From positions 7,980,756 through 8,044,755 of the forward strand of contig NC_068981.1 of NCBI RefSeq assembly GCF_001194135.2: 64,000 bases of DNA, read 5' to 3'. Positions 38,606-51,540 of this stretch are shown here, in pieces. The first letter of the stretch is position 1, and each line of letters begins with the position of its first letter. A program made the position numbers and the translations under genes. The stretch is from Octopus bimaculoides. Lineage: Eukaryota. Below the pieces are notes generated by a model. The model was not told the origin of the DNA, ran no database searches, and was given only the letters and a program-made list of their open reading frames with translations.

Positions 38606-39615
38606 CTTATACTAATAAAACCTCTAATATCCTTTTCAGAGGGCTTCTGCGACTCTCTAACTTGCATTTACCTTCCCATCAAATATTCAAACTGCTGCTG
38701 TTGATGCTGCTGCGCCATCTGTCGCTGCTGCATCTTCTGTCGCTGCTGCCCCTGCTGTTGCTGCTGTGACTGCTGCTATCTCTGCTGCTGCTACAAGCCC
38801 TTGCCTCAAAACGTTACTACTTTCAAAATTTTTACTAATGTTTTATTACTTTTATTATTATCGTTTATCTCCTATAAACTATTCTGATATCAAGTTTACA
38901 GTGTGTTTAAAAAGTTCTTTTTTTTATCCTGTACACATGTGTTACACAAAAGATTTTTATATTCCACATATCTTTCATTTGTTCAGAATGTAAAAAGAAA
39001 CCAAATTTGTTTTGTCGACAGACAAGCAATTAAACCCAAGTCGGAGTGATATCATCATTACCATGTAAAAGTTTGAAATTCCAAACAAGAGAAAGTTGAT
39101 CCCGTTGAAAACAACAGCTGAAGTTCAGCCTTGAAATTTGCTTAGATGTGAAATGGTAAAAGCTTCGCTCAAAAAGTCGACTGTTTCTATAGCCACAGAT
39201 CTTAGAAATTCTTCGCCAGACGCAGCCACGTGTTAATATTTTAAAGGTCTGGAAGTATATCTGTGTCTATTTGTCGGTTTATGTTGGGAATAAAGGTAAA
39301 GTTAAAATTAAAAAATAAAATACAATAAAAGCATTCTTTAGAATTCTTGTTTCGAAACTGAAATACAAAAGGACGAACCAGCCTTGGTACAGCCAAATTC
39401 TAAAACACACACGCACAAACACACACTCACACACACACAAATGTGACTACACACGTGTTGTTGGTGATTGCAAAGTTGAGCGAGCAAGGATCTTGAAAGA
39501 CTCCCTGAAGCCAGGATTACTGACTGGCCAGATACGAATACTTAACCACATACAAACACATTACTGGCTCTGTTCTTTAGAGTGTGCTTTTCTTTTCGGA
39601 TATATGATACACTGA

Positions 39616-39653
<38 letters not shown>

Positions 39654-39945
39654 TCATTTAAAATACAGAGATGCCTGTAATAGGACATCTAACCCGCTAG
39701 AAATAGCAGCAAAAGACTATATACCACAAAAGTAGTGATAATTTCGAAAGGGAATGAAAAATAAAAACATTTACCAATCTATATTCTGTGGTATATAGTC
39801 TTTTGCTGCTATTTCTAGTGGGTTAGATGTCCTATTACAGGCATCTCTGTATTTTAAATGAATAATACATAGTCTATTGACTGTTTTTTACTCTCGCTAG
39901 ACCACTGGTGGTAAATAAAATTTCTAAAATTTTTTTGCTACCCTG
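39654..39945. mobile_element. Tc1/mariner-like MITE with long TIRs; outer part of the left TIR missing
   Basis: 75-bp arms at 39654-39728 and 39787-39861 (74/75). The right end ..gctaccctg|ta is the reverse complement of a cagggtagc terminus. A related fragment lies at 40960-41122. Confidence 0.75.
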
Positions 39946-40069
39946 TATTTTATTATATATATAGATGTATGTATGTATGTATGTATGTATGTATGTATGT
40001 ATGTATGTATGTATGTATGTATGTATGTATAATAGTAAATAATATATAGTAGATATATATATATGCATA

Positions 40070-40260
40070 TATGGGTACAGGATATCACCAACGGTTCAAA
40101 CAACATGAAATAAGCAAACAAACGGGTTAGATACATAAACAACAAGAAAAACTGGAGAACAGGGCAAGCAACACAGAGAAAGGACCCTTCATCAGTTGTC
40201 GGCTGTCTATCTACTTCTCATTTCGAGCATTCAGCGACAACATGAAGATTCAATATGACA
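40070..40260 (-). mobile_element. PLE-derived non-coding repeat (same family as 63780-63985)
   Basis: Minus strand cgaaa..agtagata.acag..acaactgatgaaggg...cctgtacccatatatgc matches 63826-63980. A partial second copy lies at 40825-40885. Confidence 0.55.
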
Positions 40261-40535
40261 ATTCTAAAATAGAATTTAGGATTTATGGAGGGGCAAAGTG
40301 GGGAACAAAAACATGACAGTGGAGACATACAAGGAAAGCGAACGCAAACAAACATGGAGAGTCTTTAGACCAGAACGAAAGGAAAATAGTGAACGCTGTG
40401 AGAAATATCCTTTTGAAAACAGAAAAGATAGAAGAGGGAGAAAAAACGTCCGCTCTTTTGAACGTCCGTGCAGGAAAAGAAAGATGGTCATGTGGGGAAA
40501 AGAAAGGTGGACGATGGTCACGTGGGAGCAACTAG

Positions 40536-40652
40536 AGAGAGAGAGAGACAGACAGAGAAAAGAGAGAGAGACAGAGAAAAGAGAGAGAGACAGAGAAAAG
40601 AGAGAGAGACAGAGAAAAGAGAGAGAGACAGAGAAAAGAGAGAGAGACAGAT
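40536..40652. repeat. (GA)-rich tandem repeat, about 19-bp unit gagagagagacagagaaaa
   Basis: Direct reading. Confidence 0.85.
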
Positions 40653-40959
40653 AGAAAATGATGAAGGTGGGAGGGGGAGAAAACGGAATTACGAAAGGAT
40701 GGAGGAAGAGAACAGTATAGAGAAGAGAGTCGCATCAACAAAGGTGAAGATAAATTTACTTGGAAATAGATGCGTGGCGTTCAACTAAATAATAGATAGT
40801 AAATAATATATTTTACATATATATACCTGCATATATGGGTACAAGACATCACCAACGTTTCAAACAACATGAAATACGCAGAAACCATGGTCCAGGAGAT
40901 AGATGGTAAATGTTTTTATTTTTCATTCCCTTCAAAGTTTATCCCTAATAGTGGTTTGG

Positions 40960-41122
40960 ATTTTGGCTATTCCTTCTAGCGTACCAGGAATCTTAGCACG
41001 GATACCTATTATGTGTTTAAATGTTCACTGTATTTATATGAATAATATATAGTCTATTGACTAATTTTTCTACACGCTAGGCTACTGGTAGTAAAAATTT
41101 GAAAAGTTTTTATTACCCTGAT
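40960..41122. mobile_element. Diverged TIR fragment of the mariner-like MITE family
   Basis: gaataatatatagtctattgact..ctaggctactggtagtaaaaattt..accctga aligns with 39860-39945. Confidence 0.6.
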
Positions 41123-41126
41123 ATTA

Positions 41127-41179
<53 letters not shown>

Positions 41180-41223
41180 NNNNNNNNNNNNNNNNNNNNN
41201 NGGGGGGGGGTACAGATACATAA

Positions 41224-41263
<40 letters not shown>

Positions 41264-43418
41264 CATATCTGTATGTGTGTGTGTGTGTGGAGATTGTTGA
41301 TCAGTGATATCTACTAATATCTCAGACAGTTATATTTTACGATGCGTTAAATTCTGATAGATGTCATAGAATCATATAACAGGCACCAATTTTATAAGGA
41401 AATAGAAGAAAATAGCTACAACTGCTGCCGCTGGTGGAAATTGAACACGATTGCCTGGAATATATAGATTCTACAATTACTGCTTTAATTAAATTAGCAG
41501 TCGGAATTTGTAACGTGAACTTTGGGCGCCAGTATTGAATGCTATATGAATCCTGTAATACAATTCTTGGGAAGAAATTCTCATAAGTCTGCCTGAAGTT
41601 CTGCAGAAACATTATTCACCAATGTACTCAGTTATGAATTTCTGGAAATATTGGGTTCTCGCGTTTGATTAAATTTGCAATCATACATCAGAACCTGCGA
41701 TTATTCTCATGAGATGTTTCTTCGTTTAACAGTCATCTATTTTCAGACTTTCTATTAACATGTTGCATATACATAACGATATTCATCTAACGTTAATAAT
41801 TGTATAACGATAACACATCACCGTGTGATTTTATCATATTGCACTGATACAGATTTCAATTCCTAAAATCCTATTTATCTTTTTACCATTAGAATATGGC
41901 TGAACACTTGGTGAATGGATTTACAGATGTGACTTATTTATTCTATAACCGACAGAATATTTCTGTGAAACCTTGTCATATTCTATAGAGTGTAATTCAC
42001 AAGGAATTCCTGCGAGATTATTTATAATGTACAGGATTATAGTTTGGGCATCCAGTGTTGATGTGACATACATTGAATCATAAGAATGGTAATCAAGAGA
42101 GGTTTCCACTTTAGACTCTGCTCAGTTGGAAGGCCGAAACAAGCGAGTTATATTAAATACACAGCGTAAAGGAATATGAGAATATTGTAGTGGAACGAAA
42201 ATAGACATCTCTGGTGAATTATGCAACAAATTGTGATTACATACACACACACACTGTATACGTATAATGCATAGGCGCATTCAATCGTATGTATGTATGT
42301 ACGTGTATGTGATTATACTGTGCTTGTGCATATAATTAGGTAAATATACACGTGTGTATGTATGCATTTATGTATGTACGTATAAATAAATATATATATA
42401 NNNNNNNNNNNNNNNNNNNNNNNNNNNNNNNNNNNNNNNNNNNNNNNNNNNNNNNNNNNNNNNNNNNNNNNNNNNNNNNNNNNNNNNNNNNNNNNNNNNN
42501 NNNNNNNNNNNNNNNNNNNNNNNNNNNNNNNNNNNNNNNNNNNNNNNNNNNNNNNNNNNNNNNNNNNNNNNNNNNNNNNNNNNNNNNNNNNNNNNNNNNN
42601 NNNNNNNNNNNNNNNNNNNNNNNNNNNNNNNNNNNNNNNNNNNNNNNNNNNNNNNNNNNNNNNNNNNNNNNNNNNNNNNNNNNNNNNNNNNNNNNNNNNN
42701 NNNNNNNNNNNNNNNNNNNNNNNNNNNNNNNNNNNNNNNNNNNNNNNNNNNNNNNNNNNNNNNNNNNNNNNNNNNNNNNNNNNNNNNNNNNNNNNNNNNN
42801 NNNNNNNNNNNNNNNNNNNNNNNNNNNNNNNNNNNNNNNNNNNNNNNNNNNNNNNNNNNNNNNNNNNNNNNNNNNNNNNNNNNNNNNNNTGTGTGTGCAA
42901 TCGAAATTATTATCTCTCGGAACAGCGATGAAGGAAATCTAAAGAAATGCAGAAGCAGAAACAACGGAGTGAAGAGGATTCTGCAAGAAACTCGATCAAA
43001 AACTACAAAGAAGGGAAGCAACAACTGCAGCAAATATTGGTTTTCATTAAGCTACATGTTTCTGTTTGTTCCAATAATTGCTTCTCTCTCCTATCTCAAG
43101 CATCATATTTTCAAACTTTACCTATCAATGCATTGGCTTCTATTTCTCCCTTATCTCTTTCCAATATGTTTGAATCTTTATTCGTTCGACTCCCACATCT
43201 TTGCCTCATCAACATTACAAAACCAACTTTACGATGCACAAAGACCTCATATCATCTCCACTGCTTCGTCGATATTTCCTCTCTGCTTGTCTATTTTCGT
43301 TATTTAGAAGAGTTTATGGCTGTATCCGCCCAGCAGAGCGCTGTCAGGCAACACACAAACTAGAGTTCTCAGCGTTCCTTTAAAGGTAAAAACAAATGTG
43401 CGCAATATTGTTAATAAT

Positions 43419-43626
43419 GGTTTCAAATTTTGGCACAAGGCCAGCAACTTCGGGGGAGGGGGCTACTCGATTACATCGACCCCCAATACTCAACTGGTAT
43501 TTATTTTATCGAACTCGAAGGATAAAGTCACCTCCTGCAAAATTTGAACTCAGAACGTAAAGACGAACGAAACGTCGCGAAGCATTTTGTCTGGCGTGTT
43601 GGTGATCTTGTCAGCTCATCGCCTTG
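43419..43626 (-). mobile_element. SINE family A
   Basis: Reverse-complement similarity to 9365-9592. Confidence 0.8.
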
Positions 43627-43754
43627 CAATGTTGTTCATATTAAAAAGTAAAATAACAGCTGAAAAAATAAAACTATCAGTTTTAGCAAACATTTCATTT
43701 TTAGAAATAATATAAATCTAAATCTCTCAGAGAGATTTATGCCGTAGTGATACG

Positions 43755-44010
43755 ATGAAGTAGTTGTATGCTGTCAACATAATGTGACAGTCCCCTGAAG
43801 GGAATAATACTATTGTTGGTTACACCTAGGAAGCTTCACCGCTTCCTGTCGGCCTGGGTGGAGGTGCTCGTCTTCTCCTTGTAAACATAAGGACACAGGA
43901 AATGCGTCAAGGCCAACAGGAAGCGGTTAGGCTTCCAAGGTCTAACCAACAGTAGTATTATTCCCTTCAGGGGACTATCACATTAAGTTGATAGCATACA
44001 ACTATTTCAT
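43755..44010. mobile_element. Fold-back element / MITE with 101-bp inverted arms
   Basis: Arms at 43755-43855 and 43910-44010 with 10 mismatches and a 54-nt spacer. No TSD recognised. Confidence 0.75.
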
Positions 44011-44447
44011 TTTTACTCTGAAACGAGTTATTCAGTTGGTTTTTATCTACGCTCAGAGTCTCCCTAACAACGTCTCCACACTTGCCCAACCCTCATATTC
44101 TTTAAAACGGAGGGTCTGAGGTTTCATTAACTACCATCCTTGGTTGGTAGATATCCTTGAGTTCTTGGCAACATTCCAGATGTCAGACTTCCAATATCGG
44201 TTCCCTGCTTGGGGGCCTCCAAATAACAAGCCTTCTTTATTGTCAAAAGGTGAAACAATAAAAGATCATTACAAGGAGACATTGCAAAACAGCCTGAGTT
44301 TTACCAACACATATAAGCGAGTGAAATGCGCGTATAAGGTCATTTACATTCATCATTATATTTAAATTTAAACTCAGAATATAAAGCTAGAAGACATGCC
44401 GCTAAGCATTTTGTCCGCTCTGCTAACGATTCTGCCAACTCGAAACC

Positions 44448-44521
<74 letters not shown>

Positions 44522-44562
44522 CAAAACTGTACGAATCCAAAACAAAACTGTACGAATCCAAA

Positions 44563-44690
44563 TATATGGTACCCTAGGCATAACACCTACATGAACTTCT
44601 AACTTGTTGTCTCTTGAGGTCTCTGGGTGAGACTTGGATCCAACTTGTACAAATGCAAAACAAAAGTCAAACATGAAATAATAATAATAA
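44563..44690 (+). mobile_element. Short 3' UTR-only copy of a Dong-like LINE
   Basis: Matches the reverse complement of 51860-51970 (accctagg.ataacacc..cttctaacttg..tctctgggtgagacttg). Ends in (TAA)n. Confidence 0.8.
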
Positions 44691-44692
44691 CA

Positions 44693-44905
44693 ATTCTTTC
44701 TATTATAGGCACAAGGCCTGCAATTTAGGGGAGGAGAATAATCGACTACATCGACCCAGTGTTTCACTGGTACTTATTTTACCGACTCCCGAAAGGATGA
44801 AAGGTAAAGTCGACCTCGGCGGAATTTGAACTCAGAACGTAACGGCAGACGAAATACCACTAAGCATTTCGCCCGGCGTGCTAACGATTCTGCCCGCATT
44901 TCGCC

Positions 44906-44908
<3 letters not shown>
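44693..44908 (-). mobile_element. SINE family A, near full length, between (TAA)n runs
   Basis: Reverse complement contains the head, B box gagttcaaattcc and the body. Confidence 0.88.
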
Positions 44909-44973
<65 letters not shown>

Positions 44974-44974
44974 C

Positions 44975-45010
<36 letters not shown>
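44909..45010. repeat. (TAA)n array
   Basis: Direct reading. Confidence 0.95.
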
Positions 45011-45012
<2 letters not shown>

Positions 45013-45111
45013 GGAACTAAGTGATTGATAGTGAAACGCCATGAAATCAGACACAGCACACTTCTAAATAATGACCTTTCAGTTAGATGACCAGTACACT
45101 TGTGACTCACC

Positions 45112-45201
45112 CTTCGGAACACGAAACTTCGGAACACGAAACTTCGGAACACGAAACTTCGGAACACGAAACTTCGGAACACGAAACTTCGGAACACGAA
45201 A
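45112..45201. repeat. Perfect minisatellite, 6 x 15 bp (cttcggaacacgaaa)
   Basis: Six identical units with no spacers. Confidence 0.95.
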
Positions 45202-45289
45202 CTTACATCTCTCTCGCTCCAGTCAATTAAGGTGTGAAGTATAATAATAATAATAATGCTAATATTCACATATAGAGATATCAAATCTA

Positions 45290-45722
45290 ATAGAGCGGAT
45301 ACAGTTTTCAGAGGTCATCAAGAAAAAAAATGCCTTCTAATCGACGTATCTGTCTCAGCAGATGACACTCTATCTCCAAAAAGAAACGGAAAAACTCTCA
45401 AAAATAAAAAGATCTGAAAATAGAGATAACCGAAATGTGGAGCCTAAAAACAGAAACAATTCCTATAATGATAGGTGCATTGGGCATGATTTAAATCACA
45501 TATGGGCAAATTCATAACTAAAACACTGGGACTTAGGAATGTATATAAAATACAGAAAATTAAACGGACGGAATAAGATTGAAGCTATCAACACATGGGT
45601 GGTTTCACTCCTTAGATACGGAGCAGGAGTAATCGCATGGACAGTAGACGAACTAAACAGCTTAGACAGAAAGACAAGGAAGTTGCTGACTAGATAAGGG
45701 ATACTCCACCCAAAAAATGAAC
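45290..45722 (+). mobile_element. Two fused Dong-like LINE fragments (REL part then upstream thumb part)
   Basis: CLLIDVSV..KDLKIEITEMWSLKTETIPIMIGALG..VYKIQKI is joined directly to LNGRNKIEAINTWVVSLLRYGAGVIAWTVDELNSLDRKTRKLL..LHPK. Confidence 0.85.
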
Positions 45723-46349
45723 AATCTGGTTTGCTTGCTTTAATGGCCTACCAATGTGTACAGTGTGTTTCTCTGCCCTAGGTGCCAGGAAGACACTCGA
45801 CAAGAAATGGAAACAGAATTGAAAGAAGATGTTAATGAAAATTATAATACTAATAACAACAATAACAACACGAACGTATCTATTTACAGATATTGAAAGT
45901 TCCTTACATCAGCTTTAGTTGCATATTAATACTTAAAAAAATATAATTAACCTCCAAAATAAATTACAAACTCAGTGAGAAATAAAACTAGATTGATAAA
46001 GAAAAATATTTTATTTTGATAAAAAGAATTTCAAAAGCAAATCAACAAAAACTAAGCTAAGATGAAACAATTTCAGAGTTGTTTCATAGAAAAGCATTTT
46101 GCAAACAGAAATCGCTGCATCACTTTAGTCGTTGAGGAGGTCACGTGATTAAAGAAACGACAAAAATGGAAGAAAAGCAAATCTCCATTGAATGCTGGGA
46201 ATCATTCCTTTCTAATCGGATTATTGGGCAAAAAGCAAGCAAAATGAATTCCATTTTAGTCTATTTTAGCTTCTACTTTACAATTGCCCTTGTTATTTTT
46301 ACTGAAATATTCTTTCTTTCAAAGTTTTATTTATCTCTCTCTCTCTCCT

Positions 46350-46399
<50 letters not shown>

Positions 46400-47600
46400 T
46401 TAGTTGGTTGTCTATTCATCAATATTTCCCGCCTCCAAACAATAATAACAACAACAACGAAAACTAATAATAATGATAATAATAATAACAATATCACTAC
46501 ATACAAGATTTTATGACATTTTCCTAACATGACGATTTAAGTATATTCTTTAACCATATAATACAAGTCCTCTGTAGTTTTTTTCATTCTATTTTACTTG
46601 ACGAAGGGTAAATACCCAGAAACTCGAGTCCGTGCGTATCACGTGATCAAGATGGGAAGGATGACTTCCCTTTGCAAATACCGACAGGGCACAGATGTGT
46701 GTCAATAGCCAGCTGGAGGAGATGTTCTCCTGGGGCTAAAAGCAACAGTAACATTCACCCTTACGGTTTAGCCGCATTTAAGTGGCAAATATGCTTCACG
46801 TTGTCATGCAGTTACTGTTTATACCTCGTTCAGAGATTTAACATTGCTTATATATATATATATATATATANNNNNNNNNNTATATCAGATAACTTCTAAG
46901 TATGACCAGACGTATTTCCTTCATACGGTGTATCAGAAGCTGACCCTCTACTTTTTTCCTTTTATAGATTTATGTGATATACTCGTATACTTCAGTTTAC
47001 ATTTGCTGGGTACTTTGTTATAAAGTACCAAGTACCTGGTTATAACTAATTATGTTGCTTCCGGTGGAATATCTATAGGTTTTATTCCTGAGTACATGTA
47101 CGTCAATTGAGTTAATTCCACTTTGAAACTTTAGGGTCTCTTTTCTTCGAAGCAGTTTCATGCGGTTGGATATCCAAGTTTGATCATTTCTCTCCTCTAT
47201 GCTGTTTTATAACAATCTTATGTAACTGATTGCTTAATATTGCTGGTCACAAAGGAATTCTTTCTTTTTCATTCTGCTTGATGAGAGAAATATAGAGAGT
47301 TCTCATAACAACACATTCAGCCGCGGAGACTTGTTACGCGCTAAGATCACAACAAAATTTCGTTGTCCTAATTCGGCCAATTAGTTAACTCGTTAGCCGT
47401 GATACAGTTATTTTGATAGAAGCAAGGACTTCTTATGCTTGGAGAATTTGATCAATTCAGCAAAGTGGTTGGCGTTCCTGTATGACCATTATCCAATGAG
47501 TAGAGAATACGTTCTGCACCAACTATTTTCCTCGTCTCTCACTTCTAACATCAGTAAAGTTATGGAGGAACTCATTAACACTGACGTTCTCGAGCGACTT

Positions 47601-47659
<59 letters not shown>

Positions 47660-47719
47660 TATCTCTCTCTCTATCTATCTCTCTCTATCTCTCTCTCTCT
47701 CCCTCCTTTCCCGCCCTTT

Positions 47720-48310
47720 TCTACTACTTGGACTTGCGGCGGAGTTCACCCGGGGTGGGTTGAACAGGCTCCGACCAACGACTACACTCCTGTTAGAGTT
47801 TCAGTGGGGATACAAATTCCCATGTGGTCCCCGGTCACATGCATACATTCTCTGGGAAAGTGTGATTCGTAGCAGCTTGTCTTGCCGTCGATTGTTGACC
47901 GTTGCAGAGGATTCACTGACCAAGGCAACATTGATCATCGGAGCAGACGTAGCCTGGATTTCAAGCCGCTTCTAGCGACATGTTTTAGCAAAAGTTAAGG
48001 GGTGCCTGACTCCCACTGGTTTTCCAGCATGTCGAACACGAACCCGAAATCTCTGTGTTCCCATTCTATTGCTAGATAGTCGTTAAACCTACACTAGTTT
48101 CGTTCGTCCTTTTTGACAGGTCGTGTTTCTAGTCCTTCTGGGTTTCTTGCAACCCTCCTCACCCCACCTCGCCCCTTTCAGTGAATATCAATACAATTCC
48201 TGAAAGCAGGTTCACTGAAAGCCTATGCCTTTGTGCCGCTCACCGGTGAGTTCAAGCATTAGATAAGGCCGGAAAACATCAGCCCCCCTCAACCCCCAAT
48301 CCCTGGAATC
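47720..48310. mobile_element. GC-richer non-coding interspersed-repeat-like block, possibly a LINE 5' region
   Basis: GC content is clearly higher than the flanks and it abuts a (CT)n run. No protein motif; the assignment is an impression only. Confidence 0.25.
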
Positions 48311-49685
48311 TTTTCCCTGTTTTTATCTTTCCTGCAATTGTTGAACATTAATGCTATCGAACCAAACTTCTTTTCGGAGTTGGAAGGGCAACGGGCATAT
48401 GTGTGAATAATATAACGACATAGCTTTTGTATGTGGGTATATGTGTGTGTATCTGTGTCTGTGCGTGCGTGTGTATGTCTGTATGTGTGCCTGTATGTAT
48501 ATATGTATGTGTGTATATATANNNNNNNNNNNNNNNNNNNNNNNNNNNNNNNNNNNNNNNNNNNNNNNNNNNNNNNNNNNNNNNNNNNNNNNNNNNNNNN
48601 NNNNNNNNNNNNNNNNNNNNNNNNNNNNNNNNNNNNNNNNNNNNNNNNNNNNNNNNNNNNNNNNNNNNNNNNNNNNNNNNNNNNNNNNNNNNNNNNNNNN
48701 NNNNNNNNNNNNNNNNNNNNNNNNNNNNNNNNNNNNNNNNNNNNNNNNNNNNNNNNNNNNNNNNNNNNNNNNNNNNNNNNNNNNNNNNNNNNNNNNNNNN
48801 NNNNNNNNNNNNNNNNNNNNNNNNNNNNNNNNNNNNNNNNNNNNNNNNNNNNNNNNNNNNNNNNNNNNNNNNNNNNNNNNNNNNNNNNNNNNNNNNNNNN
48901 NNNNNNNNNNNNNNATATGTATATGCATCTATATGTATATGTGTATGCTTGCATGCATTTATATATGGATGTATGAGCACACAGTTTTGTGTGTTATATC
49001 CGTTTATAAAATGCGCACCGTTTCGTTGGTCGCCAAAAAAAAATCGTGTGCTTCGACATGTTACTCAGGAACGACAGATCTTGTGTCGGGTGGTGTCGAG
49101 GTGCGGTCGGGTTGGTGGCGAAGGGAGAGGAGATTACAACCAGATTACAATATTTTATTTTAAAACACCAATAAAGAAAGATATTAAAAAACAGGCATTT
49201 ATTGCAACCAGATCGTAACATTCTTCAAGAGTGGAATTTTGGAATGTAGAAAATAATATTTGTCAAAAATTTACAAAATAAAAAATTTAAATACTGAGAT
49301 AAAGTTAAAATATAAACATAAACAAGATACTTGAGTATTAAAAAATATTTTAAAAGACAAAAAGAACAATAAAAACTAGTTGCAATGAAGAAAATCTGGA
49401 AATATATAAAGAGCAAGATGAAGATGCAATATGGATAAATCTTTTTAAACTACTTAAAAACGATGATAAAAGAAAATGGTGAGGAAAAGAAAGTGAAAAT
49501 ATGATGGAGAATAAATATAAATACAAGAATTTTTCACCCTCCGCCATCGCCTTTCACCTTTAAATGAAGAATTTAGAAAATTAAGAAGAATTTATAAGGC
49601 TGCAATAAAAAGAAAATTATGATAGAAAAATTTGTCTTAAAAATGAAACATAATGTATAAATTGCAGAGATTTAAAAAGCATATA

Positions 49686-49737
<52 letters not shown>

Positions 49738-49944
49738 ATATAGAAAAAAGGAATCAACTGCGTTGTGAAATGCACAATTTTGAAAGAAGTCGATGTTAAA
49801 AACAGGGTAAGTGTAAAATTATTAAACATTTCCTCTTAAATTTATGAGCAGAATCGTCTCTTGGCGTCGTGTTTGTTGAAGAGCGGAAAGATGTGACATG
49901 TTGACAAATATGTATCAGAATGCTAATAAATGTATATAAGATTC

Positions 49945-50100
49945 AGTCATTGAATGCGGCCGTGCTGGAGCACTGCCTTGATAGTTTTACTTGAATAAAT
50001 TGACTGCAGTATTTATCTTTTAGGTCTGGTATCTCTCCTATCAATCTCTTGCTGCCGATTGTAAAGTTACGGGGACGTAAACAAATCAACACCAGTTAAG
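49945..50100 (-). mobile_element. SINE family B tail, diverged
   Basis: Similar to 50430-50580. Confidence 0.65.
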
Positions 50101-50404
50101 AGACACAAATACAGACCCATATGCTAACACACGCACACACTCATTCACAGACACACGCACACACCTATATATGTATGCATGTATATATAAGAATGGCAAT
50201 GGAATAAGCAATTATGTTATGAACTTCATTAGCTGTTTCTGCTATCAGATGTAATGCACTCAGAGTTGAAACGGTTGAGTATCGTCTTCTGCCTTCATCA
50301 GAGCATCAAACATGAAGTGCAGTTTTATTGGGGAAAACATCTACATTTATTTATACATACAAAAAAAAAAGCATTACCAATGAAAGAGCATTAAGATATA
50401 TTCT

Positions 50405-50818
50405 TTTATTTTATTCTTTTACTTGTTCCAGTAATTTTGACTGCAGCCATGCTGGAGCACCGCCTTTAGTCGAGCAAATCGACCCCAGGAATTATTCTTT
50501 GTAAGCTTTGTACTTATTCTATCGGTCTCTTATGCCGAACCGCTAATTTACGGGGGCGTAAATACACCAGCATTGGTTGTTAAGCAATGTTGGTGGGGGA
50601 CACACACAAACATAAACACACACACACACGCATATATATATATATATATATATATATGACGGCTTCTTTCAGTTTCCATCTGCCAAATCCACTCACAAGG
50701 CTTTGGTCGGCCCGAGGCTATAGTAGAAGACACTTGCCCAAGGTGCCATTCAGTGCGACTGAACCCGGAACCATGTGGCTGGGAAGCAAGTTACTTACCA
50801 CACAGCCACCCCTACGTC
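50405..50818 (-). mobile_element. Composite tRNA-derived SINE family B, near full length
   Basis: Head with A/B boxes at 50818-50660, internal (CA)n(TA)n, tail 50610-50405. Confidence 0.88.
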
Positions 50819-50879
50819 TATGTAGAATCAGAATAAAATTTTTGCATGTATGTCTGTCTCTTCTATTTTTAATTATTAT

Positions 50880-51540
50880 AAATCTTCCACTGGGGAGGGA
50901 GCCGGTTTCCGACAAAGATACAAGGCTCCATCTTTGGGATGTAGCTAACACAAAGAAATTCACATTTGGAACTTGAGAAAAGTCTCGCATATTTTTACTG
51001 TCCCACTCACAGATTGCACTTGTAATGTACGAATTAGTTGGTCGATTTCTCTTTCTGAAAATCTCAGTTTATCTAGATTCTCCTTTAAGCATTCTCTAAC
51101 AAAACCTAGAGCTCCAATTATTATTTGTATGAACATGAATTCATAGTCTGAGTATAGAAGTTGGAGGTTTCGAAGCAGATGTCCATAGATATCCTCTTTT
51201 TCTTTGATTTTCAAAGAAATATTTATATCTACAGAGTAGCTAACCTCTATGATGGCACATACCTTTGCCCCTCTGTCCCAATCGACAATATCCGGCCTGT
51301 TATGTTTACATTTGACAGAAGTTTTGATGGGAATATTCCACCAGTTGGTGTTTATGAATATATTCCATAACAGAAGGATTTTCTAAGTTTATTTCAGGAA
51401 AATATTCTGAATCTGGTACACTTTCAGTCCTCAAAACGCATGAGGAGAAATATGCTTGTGAGTTATCAACATCTACACCCTGAACGGATGAATAAAATGA
51501 CAGAGGAATTTCATCATATTTGAACAAAACCGTTTGATTA
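50880..51540 (-). mobile_element. 3' part of an RLE-clade LINE related to family 2 (REL endonuclease plus short UTR)
   Basis: EYWWNIPIKTSVKCKHNRPDIVDWDRGAKVCAIIEVSYSVDINIS..KEKEDIYG..IIIGALGFV..LQVQSVSGTVKICETFLKFQM*. Frameshifted; clade not resolvable by eye. Confidence 0.85.

Noticed and set aside
38690-38790. Ala-rich frame (AAVDAAAPSVAAA...)
   Set aside because: A degenerate (GCT)n repeat with no splice context.
41364-41612. 82-aa minus-strand ORF with a plausible acceptor and donor
   Set aside because: No motif recognised, and no phase-compatible partner exons could be linked.
42891-43363. Two overlapping 138-aa plus-strand ORFs
   Set aside because: Pyrimidine-skewed composition explains the lack of stops; no domain seen on either strand.
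45112-45201. CRISPR-like appearance of a short repeat array
   Set aside because: The units are contiguous with no spacers, there are no cas genes and the context is eukaryotic.
47410-47600. Protein-like plus-strand frame (LENLINSAKWLAFLYDHY...)
   Set aside because: Weak acceptor, runs into (CT)n, no identifiable family; not supportable without expression data.
50230-50305. Minus-strand CTGATGAAGG with a distant GAAA
   Set aside because: No stem II closure or compact stem III.
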